64,000 nucleotides of DNA from Octopus vulgaris (GCA_951406725.2 OX597837.1:11284001-11348000), one strand, 5' to 3'. Counted from the first letter of the stretch, positions 42,298 to 56,755 are shown. The notes: generated from the sequence alone by a model not told the origin. Translations and numbers: made by a program.

Positions 42298-42530
42298 GTA
42301 TGTGTGTATGTATGTGTGTGTGTGTGTGTGTATACATATGCATGTATAAATTGGCACATGTGCCTATGTGTTTATATATAAACACAAGTGTATACATATA
42401 CTTGTCTGGATATATAACAATATACACACTACATTGTACGTGAATTAGACTTTCAACGCAACGTATGTGAATTTATATAAAAAGTAAAAGTAATTATTAT
42501 ATTCCTAAGAAGTATGTATATACAAACATA

Positions 42531-43444
42531 CGAGGTGGTGTCAAAAATATCTCAGATTAGTTCTGTAGCGCGCCAACAGGTGGCAGCGCATGGTTGCGCT
42601 GCACAGTGAGAGCTAGAAGTGACCTTCATGAGGCGGTGCGCCGAGTGATATTGTTGTGTTTACTATGCATGTTGTGACATTTGTGTTTTTGTGACCAGGT
42701 GTATGCTGTAGTCCAGGTGTTGTAGACCAGGTGTTGTAGTCCAGGTGTTGTAGACCAGGTGTATGCTGTAGTCTGTAATTTTGTCATGGGGATGAGCAAA
42801 GAACCAACATGTAAATTTGCGTTAAACTTAGAAGGTCAGCTACAGAGACATTGAGCATGCTTCGGCAAGCTCACGGCGACGAGGCAATGGGTCGTTTGCA
42901 ATGTTTCCAGTGGTACGGGGATTTGAAAAGAGGAGGTACTCTCCCCGGAAGATAATGAGTGATCTAGAAGATCTGTTACTAGCGTCAACCCCAAAATTGT
43001 GGTATTGAGCCTTGAGAATTCGTCCCCCAGGCCCAGTCCGTCAATCGACAGTCCTACTGCGACGTTTTGAAGCGTTTGAGGGAGAACATTTGGCGACAGA
43101 GATCGGATCTGTGGAACGCGAAGAATTAGTGGTATCGCTCTTGCACCTGCCCTATTCGTCAGATTCAGAACCTACGAACTACCAACTCTTCTTTGAGATG
43201 AGAATGCGGCTCAAAGGTCACCGTTTTAACACGGTTGTCGAAAATCCGGAGCGAATGGCAGAAACTGCTCGACTCGCTTTACGGAAAACAGCTTCCAGCC
43301 CGGATTCTAAAAGTGGCAGGAATGCTGGGACTGGGGCATCGCTGCGCAAGGAGACTATTTCGAAGATGATGTTAAGACTTAGGTAAAAAAATAGTTATTT
43401 TTTATTAAATATAGCTAGTCTGGAAACCATTTGCTACCACCTCG
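42531..43444 (+). mobile_element. Internally deleted mariner element with both TIRs
   Basis: TIRs CGAGGTGGTGTCAAAA.. / ..TTTGCTACCACCTCG; remnants SATETLSMLRQAHGDEAM..QCFQW and HLPYSSDSEP..LFFEMRMRLKGHRF (YSPDLAP motif). Confidence 0.88.
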
Positions 43445-43459
43445 CATGTGTGTGTGTGA

Positions 43460-43519
<60 letters not shown>

Positions 43520-43712
43520 AAAACACTACGCTGCAGGTGATTGTATTTTTTATCTATTTCTGTATTTCGTTTATAATTGTATTTTGTCTGCCACTATGTG
43601 TATGGATTTAGTTTTGTCTGTAAATTGCTGAAAATTACAGGTTGCTTTGGGTCTGCATTCTCAGACTGAGTGAAATGACGAGAGGATCAAACGGAAAAAA
43701 TTATTTAAACAA

Positions 43713-43831
43713 TCACCTGAGGAGGCGCGCATTTTACACCTTGGATGTAAGATAATGGTTACACAACATCTCAAACGTCTCACCAATGTACTATACTACA
43801 GGTGTAAAATGTGTCGAAACAATTGTGGTGA
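43713..43831 (+). ncRNA. Hammerhead motif with long stem II, GUG at the cleavage site
   Basis: TCAC-CTGAGGA-GGCGCGCATTTTACACC..GGTGTAAAATGTGTC-GAAAC-AATT-GTG-GTGA. Confidence 0.7.
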
Positions 43832-43998
43832 ATTTACGTACAGAATGTCATTCATTTCATTTTCTGTCATTTATCTCTATACATATATATACACACACAA
43901 ACATATAAATTCATGCATACATACATATACATATATATACATACATACATACATATATATATATATATACATACATAAGTACATATACATATATACAT

Positions 43999-44045
<47 letters not shown>

Positions 44046-44088
44046 CATACATACATACATACATACATACATACATACATACATACAT

Positions 44089-44153
<65 letters not shown>

Positions 44154-46789
44154 TTATATATATATATATATATAGCAATCCAAAGGAATATACTAATCAA
44201 ATAAGATCAGGCTGTATTACCCATAATTCAGTGCGAATTTTCTATGCATATATCAATATATTAACTTCCAGCAACTGTATATTCTGTCATCCCCCCCTTT
44301 ACAACAAAGCTTTGACTGACATTGTCCAAATACAAACGGGTATATCGTTTGCACGGTATGTTTAGCTGTTAACCATAATGTCAATATCTCACCGACTACA
44401 TCAAACGCTGTTATATCCTTGAATAGGTGGGGGATATAAACATACAACTTCTTTGATATCCGCTTTTGTTTGGGCAAGAATCTTTACCGAAAAAATTTGC
44501 GATATTGCTTTTTTGGAAGCAGAGGCGTGTGCTACAGAAGAAGTTGATATTACATGCATAAAAAATATATATTACACTGTGGGAGTTTATATTATGCATT
44601 ATGACGGCTGAGAAAAGATTATCGTATTTATAAGACTTATAATAGCAAACGAGAACTACAACATCCATGGAAGGGAATAATATAAGCTACAGTGGTTTTG
44701 AAGCATAAAGGTGTTCACCATTCGAGAAATATAGATCGATAAGATAAATATCAGACAGAAATATTATCTGGAATTGATTCGATCGAACTAAATCACTTTA
44801 ATGCGATACCTCAAAATGGCCGCGGTCCAATGAGTGAATCTTGTAAATGAATAAAGAAACCAATTAGTTTGTGTTATAGATGTTTAACTGCTGTTTCTAA
44901 CAAATCGAACAGCAACACAAAAGCTCTCTCAATCTATGTCTCTCTTTCACGTAAATGTAAGGTTTCGGAGATATTTCTTTCGGATTTTTACATTTCAAGT
45001 TCAAATCTCGCCAAGTTCAATTTTGTCTTTCCATATCCCTTAGTCGATTAAATAAAACACCAGTCAAGTAACAGGGTCGAGGGTATCTTGGGGTCGATAA
45101 AATGGGTACAAGTGGAGCACTGGGATCAATCGACTTAACCCCTCCCCCGAATTTGCTGGCCCTGTGCTGAAGTTTGAAATTGTTATTGTTATTATGTGAT
45201 GAAGTGGAGGCGCGTGGCTTAGTGGTTAGGGTGTCAGCACCATGCTCGTAAGATTGTAGTTTCGATTCCGGGACTGGGCGACGCGTTGTGTTCTTGAGCA
45301 AAACACTTCATTTCACGTTGCTCCAGTCCACTCAGCTGGCGGAAAGTGAGTAACGCTGCGATGGACTGGCGTCCCGTCCAGCTGGGGAACACATACGCCA
45401 TAGAAACCGGGAAATCGAGCCCACGAGCCTGGCTAGGCTTTAAAAAGGGCGCATTTATTTTATTATGTAATGAAAACTCATAACTTATTTTGTTGCGTAT
45501 GATGAACAACGATGACGACGTTCAAGAGAATGATGGTAATAGAGATGATGATGATGATGACAATGATGATGGTGATAATGTTCATGATAATGATGACATA
45601 TGATAGTGATAATGTTGACCATGACGATGATGATGATGATGTCTATTGTGTTTACGTTAATTGCTTTCGCATCTTAACCCATAATTCACTCATATCTTGT
45701 CAAGGTGATTAACGGTGGAAAATCATATGCAAATAATTAATTTGATAATTAATTTCTTTCCTTCTTGCCTTTCTTCTTTCTTTTTTTCTTCTTCCGTTCA
45801 AGTAATTATTATTTAATAGATAGAGAAGTTCTCGAAGATTCAGATTTGCGCGAAACGGTTTCAATTCCTGTTCGGGCCAGTTTCCCTTTCGGCAGTGGCC
45901 CACTTTTTCTGTTTATTGCTTAGTAAAAGAAGCAATGCGATTGATACCTCTCACTCGCATTCCGTGTTTTACTGTTGAGCGTCTATAAAAGTCATCTTAA
46001 TAAAAATAATGGTTGTGAGTCACAACAGCTGTCTGTTTTTTTTTTGTATGAAAATTTTGCATTATATAGTTTTAAAAAAATGGATGACTCAGAAAGCAGA
46101 CATGCCGTCGGGCCATGCCGTCGGGCCATGCCGTCGGGCCATGCCGCTTGCGCAGGATTGGAAACGTGAAACATCAACAGGGCACTAATTTGAGGTGCAC
46201 TGTATGAAAGATTTCGCTACCACATATTCATTAATAGTGAGCACAAAGCTTTAATTCAGATCAAATATTCCCTTATTATATACCAGGGGTCTTTATATTC
46301 TTCTCTTTCGCACGCAAATAATGTTAAAACTACCTCGATTTAAATCCTATGAATACATACTGTTTCCTATTTAATATTCAAATTTATTTCTTGATAACAA
46401 CCCATGTTTCTACAATTTGATGACATCATAATTATTCAGATTCCTACTACATCCCTATGTTCTCATTCAAATCCATTATTCTAATTTACAGGACAATTTT
46501 CTTCCTGTGGAGGCACACCAGTTTTCTTAATTGAATAACAGCATGCTTTCCACTCAAGTTAATATTTTCTTAGGACCTCGGAGGCGTAGGCAAACAAGCA
46601 TCTTACTATATAAATTATTACTATGATTCATTTAAACTTTATTTCATATGATTAATTAAAAATTTATAAGATTTTTGCATTATTTTAACATATTTTATTA
46701 TATAATTTATTTTTTCTTAATATTTTCATTTGTGTTGTTGCTTCAATCGATCAAGTACATATGTTATAAAATATACTGTATGATTTTCA

Positions 46790-49430
46790 TAATAGAAACT
46801 TCATTATAAACCTCAGTCAATTGTTAGGTTTTCTTAGACTAATCAAAAGCCTCTATCCAATCAAAAGTACTGCAGCTGCTCAAAATATACGAATGACAGG
46901 GTTTCCAACTCAATTTCGACATCGTCAGCTTTAATCTCAAATTAGCAATCGTCTGTCTCAAATTCGACATCGTCTGCTTTAATCTCAAATTAGCAATCGT
47001 CTGTCTCAAATTCGACATCGTCTGCTTTAATCTCAAATTAGCAATCGTCTGTCTCAAATTCGTCATCGTCTGCTTTAATCTCAAATTAGCAATCGTCTGT
47101 CTCAAATTCGACATCGTCAGCTTTAATCTCAAATTAGCAATCGACTGTCTCAAATTCGACATCGTCTGCTTTAATCTCAAATTAGCAATCGTCTGTCTCA
47201 AATTCGACATCGTCAGCTTTAATCTCAAATTAGCAATCGTCTGTCTCAAATTCGACATCGTCAGCTTTAATCTCAAATTAGCAATCGTCTGCTTTAATCT
47301 CAAATTAGCGTTCGTCTGTCTCAAATTCGACATCGTCTGCTTTAATCTCAAATTAGCGATCGTCTGTCTCAAATTCGACATCGTCTGCTTTAATCTCAAA
47401 TTAGCAATCGTCTGTCTCAAATTCGACATCGTCAGCTTTAATCTCAAATTAGCGATCGTCTGCTTTAATCTCAAATTAGCAATCGTCTGTCTCAAATTCG
47501 ACATCGTCAGCTTTAATCTCAAATTAGCAATCGTCTGCTTTAATCTCAAATTAGCGTTCGTCTGTCTCAAATTCGACATCGTCTGCTTTAATCTCAAATT
47601 AGCGATCGTCTGCTTTAATCTCAAATTAGCAATCGTCTGTCTCAAATTCGACATCGTCTGCTTTAATCTCAAATTAGCAATCGTCTGTCTCAAATTCGAC
47701 ATCGTCTGCTTTAATCTCAAATTAGCAATCGTCTGTCTCAAATTCGACATCGTCAGCTTTAATATCAAATTAGCAATCGTCTGTCTCAAATTCGACATCG
47801 TCAGCCTTAATCTCAAATTAGCAATCGTCTGTCTCAAATTCGACATCGTCAGCTTTAATCTCAAATTAGCAATCGTCTGTCTCAAATTCGACATCGTCTG
47901 CTTTAATCTCAAATTAGCAATCGTCTGTCTCAAATTCGACATCGTCTGCTTTAATCTCAAATTAGCGTTCGTCTGTCTCAAATTCGACATCGTCTGCTTT
48001 AATCTCAAATTAGCAATCGTCTGTCTCAAATTCGACATCGTCAGCTTTAATCTCAAATTAGCAATCGTCTGTCTCAAATTAGCAATCGTCTGTCTCAAAT
48101 TCGACATCGTCTGCTTTAATCTCAAATTAGCAATCGTCTGTCTCAAATTCGACATCGTCTGCTTTAATCTCAAATTAGCGTTCGTCTGTCTCAAATTCGA
48201 CATCGTCTGCTTTAATCTCAAATTAGCGATCGTCTGTCTCAAATTCGACATCGTCTGCTTTAATCTCAAATTAGCGTTCGTCTGTCTCAAATTCGACATC
48301 GTCTGCTTTAATCTCAAATTAGCGATCGTCTGTCTCAAATTTGACATCGTCTGCTTTAATCTCAAATTAGCGATCGTCTGTCTCAAATTCGTTATTGTCA
48401 GCTTCAGTTTACATATCGTCAATCTCCGTTACTTGACATGATTTATCATGATTTCCTCACCGTTAAGTTTCATTTCGTCATCATAAATTTAAATATTGTC
48501 ACTGTAGGACGGACCGAATTTTATTTTTATTTGGTTTTTATGATTAAACATCGACACCAGTGGTTAAGTGTCCCCTAATTGTAAAAAAAGTGTAAATATT
48601 AAGTTGTTTTATAAAGGATTACAAGTTTTCTATAATAAAAAGGTTTTTCTCAGTCATCCTCATTACTTCTCTAAAGTGTTCTGCTGCTCAAAACACAAGG
48701 CGTCACCTGGTTCAGGAATCGAAACCACAATCTTAGGATTATGAGTTCAACACCCTAACTACTAAGCCACGCGCCTCCACAATATTCGGTCTTAATAACT
48801 TCAAATTCATTATAAAACATAATCATTTAGAAGGTTTACTTAGACCAGTCGAAAGCCTCTCTCCTAATATAAATATAGCAGGCTGCTGAAATATACAAAT
48901 GCGCCTTTAAAATTACAAGATTTCCCGTTTAGATTCGATCCTGTCATCCTCATACTCGTCTACGTCAACCTCAAATTCGTCATCGTCTGATTAAATTCCC
49001 TTATTGTTTGTACCTATTACGTTGTCATCCATCGCGATTTCCCAATCGTCAACTTTAATTCCGTCATAATTCAGTTGACTACTGTTATTGTAGGACAGAG
49101 CGAGTCTAATAATTTTTAAGAACAGACATTCACATCAGTAATTCTTTGTCACAGAATTGTAAAAGAAATTATATATTAAAAAGTTTCGTAACGGATAACA
49201 AGTTTTGCATAATATAATTCCTTTCTTAATTACAATAATTTTTCTTATCGGCAGTTTTGATACGTTACTGTCTCTCTCGATTTCGTTATCATCAAATTAG
49301 ATATCGTCAGTGAAGGATGGTATGAATTTTATTGCGTTCTTTTATTATGAACAGACAATAACATCAGTGATTATTTGTCGCAGAATTGTACGTGAATGTA
49401 AACATTAAAAAGTTTGAACAATAGAATTTG
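46790..49430 (-). repeat. Diverged tandem triplication of an acidic-heptad-repeat module
   Basis: Copies ~46790-48640, 48790-49225, 49255-49430 share TGTAGGAC/TGAAGGAT..ACA(T/C)CAGT..AATTGTA..ATTAA; copies 1 and 2 also share TAGAC..AAAGCCTCT..GCTGCT..AATATAC. Confidence 0.75.
46909..48400. repeat. 48-bp minisatellite built from 21-bp and 27-bp subunits (about 30 units)
   Basis: Unit AATTCGACATCGTCTGCTTTAATCTCAAATTAGCAATCGTCTGTCTCA; highly homogeneous; yields the 527-aa ORF 46839-48422(-). Confidence 0.95.
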
Positions 49431-49897
49431 TCGCGCCTTACATTAATGTGAATAGACAGAGATTTAGAACATTCGGTGTAAAACTGTATACTGTTCTGTG
49501 TACACATGCAACGCATCACAGAGGAAAATAAACAGAAGTGTAAGCTTTTATCCATTATTCCTGTATCTTAACTCTCTTAAGATTAACGGTAATCGAAGTC
49601 AATCCAGTGTCGATATATTTATACATATAAACACACATATATTTATATATATATATATATATACGTAAATAAACATAATACATATGATACATATAGGAGC
49701 ACTCCGTCGGTTATATATATTGGCCATGATAGATCGCTTGCCACGACACGTTCTTTATTTTCTCTCCCTGTTTCTTTCTGTGTAAGAGCGTAGGCTCGAA
49801 ACGGTAAAGACGTTTTCACTTCCCGAGCGTTATACTAATGCATCTGTTTGTTTTCTACACCATCTGTCTTCGTCTTTTGTTTTTTTCTGAATTCTCC

Positions 49898-50021
<124 letters not shown>

Positions 50022-50586
50022 AAATGTAATGACAACCAAGTTAGACAAATCGATTTACACAGAATATTGAATGCATTTAATAGAAAAATGTACATCTGCA
50101 TGGATAGAAAATAATCCGACCAACAGATTATAAGATATAAGGAGTTTAAATGAGTAGAATTTTTCATATCCAGCGGCTGCTTCAGTGGGCGTGGTGGCCC
50201 GGAATAACGACAATAATTTGAATCCACAATCTTCAGGGGAGAATTTTACACCTATCCTCTCAACACCTCAAATGTAGAATTCTCCAATGAAAAAACTCTC
50301 CCCAAAAGACGGGGTTGCTGTTATCTGATAATGGATCCATTTAACCGTAATTATTCCGGAAACAGTTGTTGGACTCGTAAAACCCTACCCATTTAACTCC
50401 TGATATCATTTATATTCTGTAAGTCGGAATATTTTATATTCATACGCATGTACATTTTTTTGTATTAAATGTATTTAATATTCTGTGTAAATCGATTTGT
50501 CTAATTTGCTTGTCATTTCATTTACTCATCTTCCCGCTCAAATTCACCCTTCGAAGTGTATTCTATATAGAGAACACCTGTCTTAC

Positions 50587-50650
<64 letters not shown>

Positions 50651-50680
50651 TGTGTGTATATGAATGCATGTGACTATATG

Positions 50681-50741
<61 letters not shown>

Positions 50742-50981
50742 ACATATACATATATATGCGTGTATATGAATGAATATATGTGACTATATGCTTATGTATT
50801 TGTCTGTCTCCGTCTTTATCCCTTCCTCCATCACCCCCTTTCTCTTCCTTTCTCACTCTCTGTCTCTCCCTGTCTCCCCATCTCTCTCTCTCTTTATATA
50901 TATATGTATATCTCTATATACCATATATTTTATATAGATAGATAGATATATAGATATATAGATAAAGATAGATAGATAGAT

Positions 50982-51098
<117 letters not shown>

Positions 51099-51101
51099 TA
51101 C

Positions 51102-51197
<96 letters not shown>

Positions 51198-51584
51198 TTA
51201 CGTGCATATATTTGCATTTATAATCTGCCTAGAGAGATGAAGGTGAGAAACACAACCAGCCTGATATAGTTTATATTTTGAGAACGGATGGATGAGGTGA
51301 AAGTTTATATCCAGGTATAAAAGTCAATTATCTTACATTACAGATCTGAACGTTTCCTTTTTAAAGAAATCAACAAGGAAAAGGATTTTTCACACCTTCA
51401 AATCTATTTCAAACTTTCAGTGTCTCTTTGCAGATTATATATTCACGTCCATAAGCTGATCAACAACTATAAAATTTGCATATTTGCAGAAAATATTCAT
51501 AAGAATTCCTGGTATTTTATGAGAGCTGACTCTAAAACTGATATTAGTTTTGCTAAATAATCTCATGGATATGGAAGATTATAA

Positions 51585-51818
51585 GGCGGCGAGCTGGCAG
51601 AATTGTTAGCACGCCGGGCGAAATGCGTAGCCGTATTTCGTCTGTCGTTACGTTCTGAGTTCAAATTCCGCCGAGGTCGACTTTGCCTTTCATCCTTTCG
51701 GGGTCGATAAATTAAGTACCAGTTGCGCACTGGAGTTGATGTAATCGACTTAATCCCTTTTATCTGTCTTTGTTTGTCCTCCCTGTGTTTAGCCCCTTGT
51801 GAGTATTAAAGAAATAGG
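51585..51818 (+). mobile_element. SINE family B, full length with degenerate about 14-bp TSD
   Basis: GGCGGCGAGCTGGCAG..AAAGAAATAGG; flanks TATGGAAGATTATA / TATGGAATATTACA. Confidence 0.88.
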
Positions 51819-52304
51819 TTATGGAATATTACATACCCCGTCAAATAATGATCTTAGCCCCATACCATCTACAGCTGCCTATATATTCTGAAGTATTAGA
51901 TTTATCTTTTATTCTACAACATTGTCTTTAATCAACATTGTCTTTAATTTTATTGCTTTTGTACGAAGTAGGTTCAAAAATTTCGATTGCTTTCCGTTAC
52001 CTCTGTGGTGCCTACGATTTGTTAAAATCAGAAGGAAACGTCTTCGGGAAAAATAGGATAACAGGCTCATTCTGAATTGAGAATATGGTCACTATTATAT
52101 CTTCGGTTCCTCATATTTGTGAAACATATGCAGGTTAACTACGACAATGGAGTGATAAATTGGAGGGTGGGGAAGTTTGAACTTTGCTGAGCCTCCGATA
52201 TGTAAGAGCCAAACCCACCCCTACCCCCACCGAAACCCCTGCAATGGATTGTCATTTTTGTGCTGTGAATGTAAAACTGTTTCAAATATTCCAGATCATT
52301 ATTA

Positions 52305-52395
52305 TGGCGTAGTGGTTAAGAGCGCGGGTTACTAACCCCAAGATTCCGAGTTCGATTTCAAGGCAGTGACCTGAATAATAATAATAATAATAATG

Positions 52396-52491
<96 letters not shown>

Positions 52492-52688
52492 TATTCAGAC
52501 AAATACATAACAAAAACACCAGGACTTACAAACACATATAACATACAGAAAATTGCACTACTAGGCACTGCACACATCCTACGCAGAACACTTTCTATAC
52601 AATAACCATCAGAGCATCACAACAAATCACAGCACACAGAGCTGCGCTCGGTAGTGAAATGAAAGTACGCTATAAAAATAAAACTACA

Positions 52689-52748
<60 letters not shown>

Positions 52749-52930
52749 CAACAGCAACATCGAAAAATACCTTAGGAATGAGAACCCAGGTTCGAAATTT
52801 CCCCAAGACACCTGATGAAGGCTGGAGGGTATATCAACCGAAACGTGTTAACAACAAACAAGATGAGGACAAATATCCATCAATTATAAATAATGTAAAA
52901 AATTCCTCATCTCTTAATTATAGAACTGTA
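52305..52930 (+). mobile_element. Composite: tRNA-like head, (AAT)n, and tail with hammerhead-like motif
   Basis: TGGCGTAGTGGTTAAG..GAGTTCGATT head; tail ACAC-CTGATGA-A-GGCTG..CAACC-GAAAC-GTGT at 52808-52850. Confidence 0.6.
52489..52690 (+). mobile_element. R4/Dong-type (RLE) non-LTR retrotransposon 3' fragment in (TAA)n
   Basis: KYITKTPG..IQKIALLGTAHILRRTLSIQ* (stop 52603-52605), the typical R4/Dong C-terminus; (AAT)n on both sides. Confidence 0.78.
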
Positions 52931-53565
52931 TTAACGAAGAAATGTTTATAGAGAGTATACTACTTGTAACATTCATGATAAGAATGATATAAACTGTATT
53001 TTATCTTGGATTCGTTAACACTGCATCACAATGTTTATGGTTTTGCAATTAAAGAGAGTTCACTGCGTCCAATTAACGAAAGAGGCTGTGAAACAAACCC
53101 CCCCAAGATGAAAACTAAAATGTCCATTATATCACATTTCGCTGCCAGTTATTACGCAAATGTTAAGCAGCTGCCCGCCATTATTATTAAGTTACTACTT
53201 GTTAATAAAGTATGCTGTTGTTGCTGAAGAAGACGCGTAACCTTGTGGTTACGGCGTTTAGCTCACGATTATCATGTCGTGGTTTCAATTCTTTGATGGG
53301 ATGTGGGCGGAACTTTGTTTCCTTGGGCGAGGCACTTCACCTTGCCCCTGTCCCCTCAACTCTAAATGAGTACGAGCCGAATGTTTGGTGTCGTTTTCTC
53401 TTCCACCAGATGTTACACGCTTGGCATACTGCCGGCTCAAAGAAAAGGAGATTTCACGAACCCCAAAACCCAATTAGAAACAGCATGGCACATGTTACCA
53501 AACAATACTCGTTCGCGAGTGATAGTTGGCTTTTTGTCGCTATCATTTCGAATGGCGTTGCCGTA

Positions 53566-53602
<37 letters not shown>

Positions 53603-53898
53603 CACACACACACACACGCACCCACACACATTCCTTGTCTTTGAAACTCTCTTGTTTTTAAAAATCATTATTCGTCTACCTTTCAACTTCTGTTCTTTCA
53701 ACATGTGATCTCTTGAGCACCACCAGCAAAAATATTTTTTTCCTCTGTCTTCCCTTCTCGGGATCTTTCCTTCTCCTTTGTTTCCGACGAAGAGTTAAAC
53801 TCTCCTTTCCTTCCTTCTTTCCTGAGCGTCAAATAATACTTTAATTGTTCCACGTCCTCGCGTTGCTGTGTTTTTTTTCTGCGGTTTCTTGTTTGGAT

Positions 53899-53973
<75 letters not shown>

Positions 53974-53993
53974 GTATAAATATATATATATAT

Positions 53994-54495
53994 ATATAAG
54001 TACATAAATGGAGTTGAACGCAGGTGTTATTCAAATTCTTTTACTTTCGACATGTGTTTAGAAGACAACATTGGTTTTATTCCAAAGGAATAAACGCTGT
54101 AAAATAATGCAATCTTCTCATCAGTAAAGAAAGAGAACCTATCTCAGCAACAAGACATTATAACAATTTTGATGACTGCATAGATGATAAACAGAACGCT
54201 ATTAAGTATTTAAAAAAATATAACGTTAGTAAATCTGACGTCAAAGGCTGATGCTAGAAAGAGAAGGGGTAAAGAAATATTAAGTAGAGAACAAATAAAG
54301 AGGGATATATTGGTTGAAAAATGTTCAAAGGCTTGGAAGTAGATTTCTCTATTGAAGTAAAGTGCAAGGTGAACTAAATGATTTGAACACGTAAAAGAAT
54401 TTGAATAACACCTGCGTTCAACTCCATTTATTTACTTATACTATACAAATTACTGCACATTAACCCGGAGTTTCTACCTTTGAATAGGTCGCTAC
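53994..54495 (-). mobile_element. Penelope-like relic with inverted ends and mutated hammerhead (54044-54129)
   Basis: IR 53994-54043/54391-54440; hammerhead paralog of 23031 with GAAA changed to TAAA; 54450-54492 matches 22683-22730 inverted. Confidence 0.7.
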
Positions 54496-54588
54496 ATCCT
54501 TATTATTTGCTTGAAGTTTGTTACCCTGGTAACTGTTTATTGAATTTTCCATGATAACTGTAAACAAAGGATAATTCATTCATCCATT

Positions 54589-54674
<86 letters not shown>

Positions 54675-56359
54675 CAAACATATATGTACACATGAGTGTA
54701 CATGTGTACATATGTATGTATATATTAAATATCCTGTTATTATTTCTACATATATAGTTGGAATTTACAAAAAAATAGCACGGGGCGAAGACGGGTGTGG
54801 TTGCAACAAATAAAGGCACAAAGACGCCCACAAAGACACATACACACACATACACACACACACATACACACACACACACACACACACATACACACACATA
54901 CACACACATACACACACATACACACACACACACATATATATTCGACGGGTTTCTTTCAGTTTTCCACAAGGCTTTGGTCGGCCCGTGGCTATACTAGAAG
55001 ACATTCGACCCAGGGGTCACGCAGTGGGACTGAATTCGGAACCATACGGTTGGGTGGAAAGCTTCTTACCGCACAGCCACGCCCGCGCCTATTCTCCAAG
55101 TAGTTTAATAAAGACAATGGAATAGGGTTGTAGAAAGATGGAGGGTGGTGTGTGCTGCTGTGAATAAATATATATTAATGAAAAATTTGATAAAGCTATA
55201 TAGACAGACAGACAGACAGTCAGAAAGACAAAGCTACTTCTTAATTAACTGAAATTATGAAGCTTTCATTAACAGAAATTATCTATTAAAGATTACTATA
55301 TCTAGAAAATGCTTATAAATTAAAATTATAATATATTCTTATCAGAATGAGGTTTTCTATTTTCTCTATAATTGAACATGCTTCATTCATAGAGTTAAAT
55401 TTCGTTCTTTGCAGCATGTTATTCACTTTCTCTCTCTTTCTCTTTCTCTCTCTCTCTCTCCTCTTTCTGTCTTTTTGTCTCTGTCTTTACGACTCTATCC
55501 AATTATTTCCTTAAAATACTTATATTTACTACACCATATATCACCCTCCCTCTTGCTGTTGCACTATTCAATTATTTTTCATTAAAATAAATAATAACAA
55601 AATTTTTTTCTTTCACCTATTTTGAAATAATTTGCCGAAATATTTACATTATATTTATTTTTCATATCATACTCATCTTAAAGACGTATTTCCTTACAGG
55701 CAAATGTACTCCTTAGAACAATGAAAGCTTTGTATCATTTTCTTTGTCTAAGTCGACATTGTACTCTTTTTGTTCACGTTTGTTTTTGTATCATTGTCTT
55801 CCATCGTTCAGTCGTTTTCATCTTCCAATTTAAAACATTTTATCATTCACAGATAATTGCCCTTTTTCAATTTGCTTCCTTCCTTCCTCCCCCTTCCTTC
55901 CTCCATTCCTTCCTTCCTTCCTTCCTTCCTTCCTTCCTTCCTTCCTTCCTTCCTTCCTTCCTTCCTTCCTTCCTTTCTCTTTTTTTATCTCCTTCACTCG
56001 CTCGCCCGCTCTCTACCGCCTCTTTTCATAAAAATACAAACACCAAGGACACAGACACACAGATACTTACACACTCACTCACACGCACACACACACACAC
56101 ACACACACAGAGGCAGACACGCAAGCAAACACATACACGTGCACACGCACGTAAGCACGCCCATGCAAATTAGTTGCTAATTTCTGCGGAGTTACTGGAA
56201 AAAACGTCTATGTAAACAGATTGGTTACATGTTTTAACTGGAATTGGTCACATGACGGAGACACCTCTGATCAGAGCGAAAGTAAAGGTCGAAACTCGAT
56301 TAAGGTTGTTTATCATTTTCAATCTACTGAGAAATAGTCAAGTTTAACATATAGATACG

Positions 56360-56423
<64 letters not shown>

Positions 56424-56515
56424 GCACACACATTCACACGTATGTATGTATAAATGTATGGATTATGTATATATACGTAAATATATGTACATGTATATAT
56501 GTGTATATATATGTT

Positions 56516-56552
<37 letters not shown>

Positions 56553-56662
56553 TGATTGATTGATTGATTCTAGTTTCAGCTCATGAGCTGTGGCCATGCT
56601 GGGTGGGGCACCGCCATTTTGCTGGGGCACCGCCATTGTATATATATACGTATCTGTATTTC

Positions 56663-56695
<33 letters not shown>

Positions 56696-56755
56696 ATGTG
56701 TGTGTGTGTGTAGAATTATTTGACTACACACATGCACACATACACGCACACACAC

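Noticed and set aside
46909-48400. CRISPR-like array
   Set aside because: Units are directly tandem with no unique spacers, no cas genes are present, and the context is eukaryotic.
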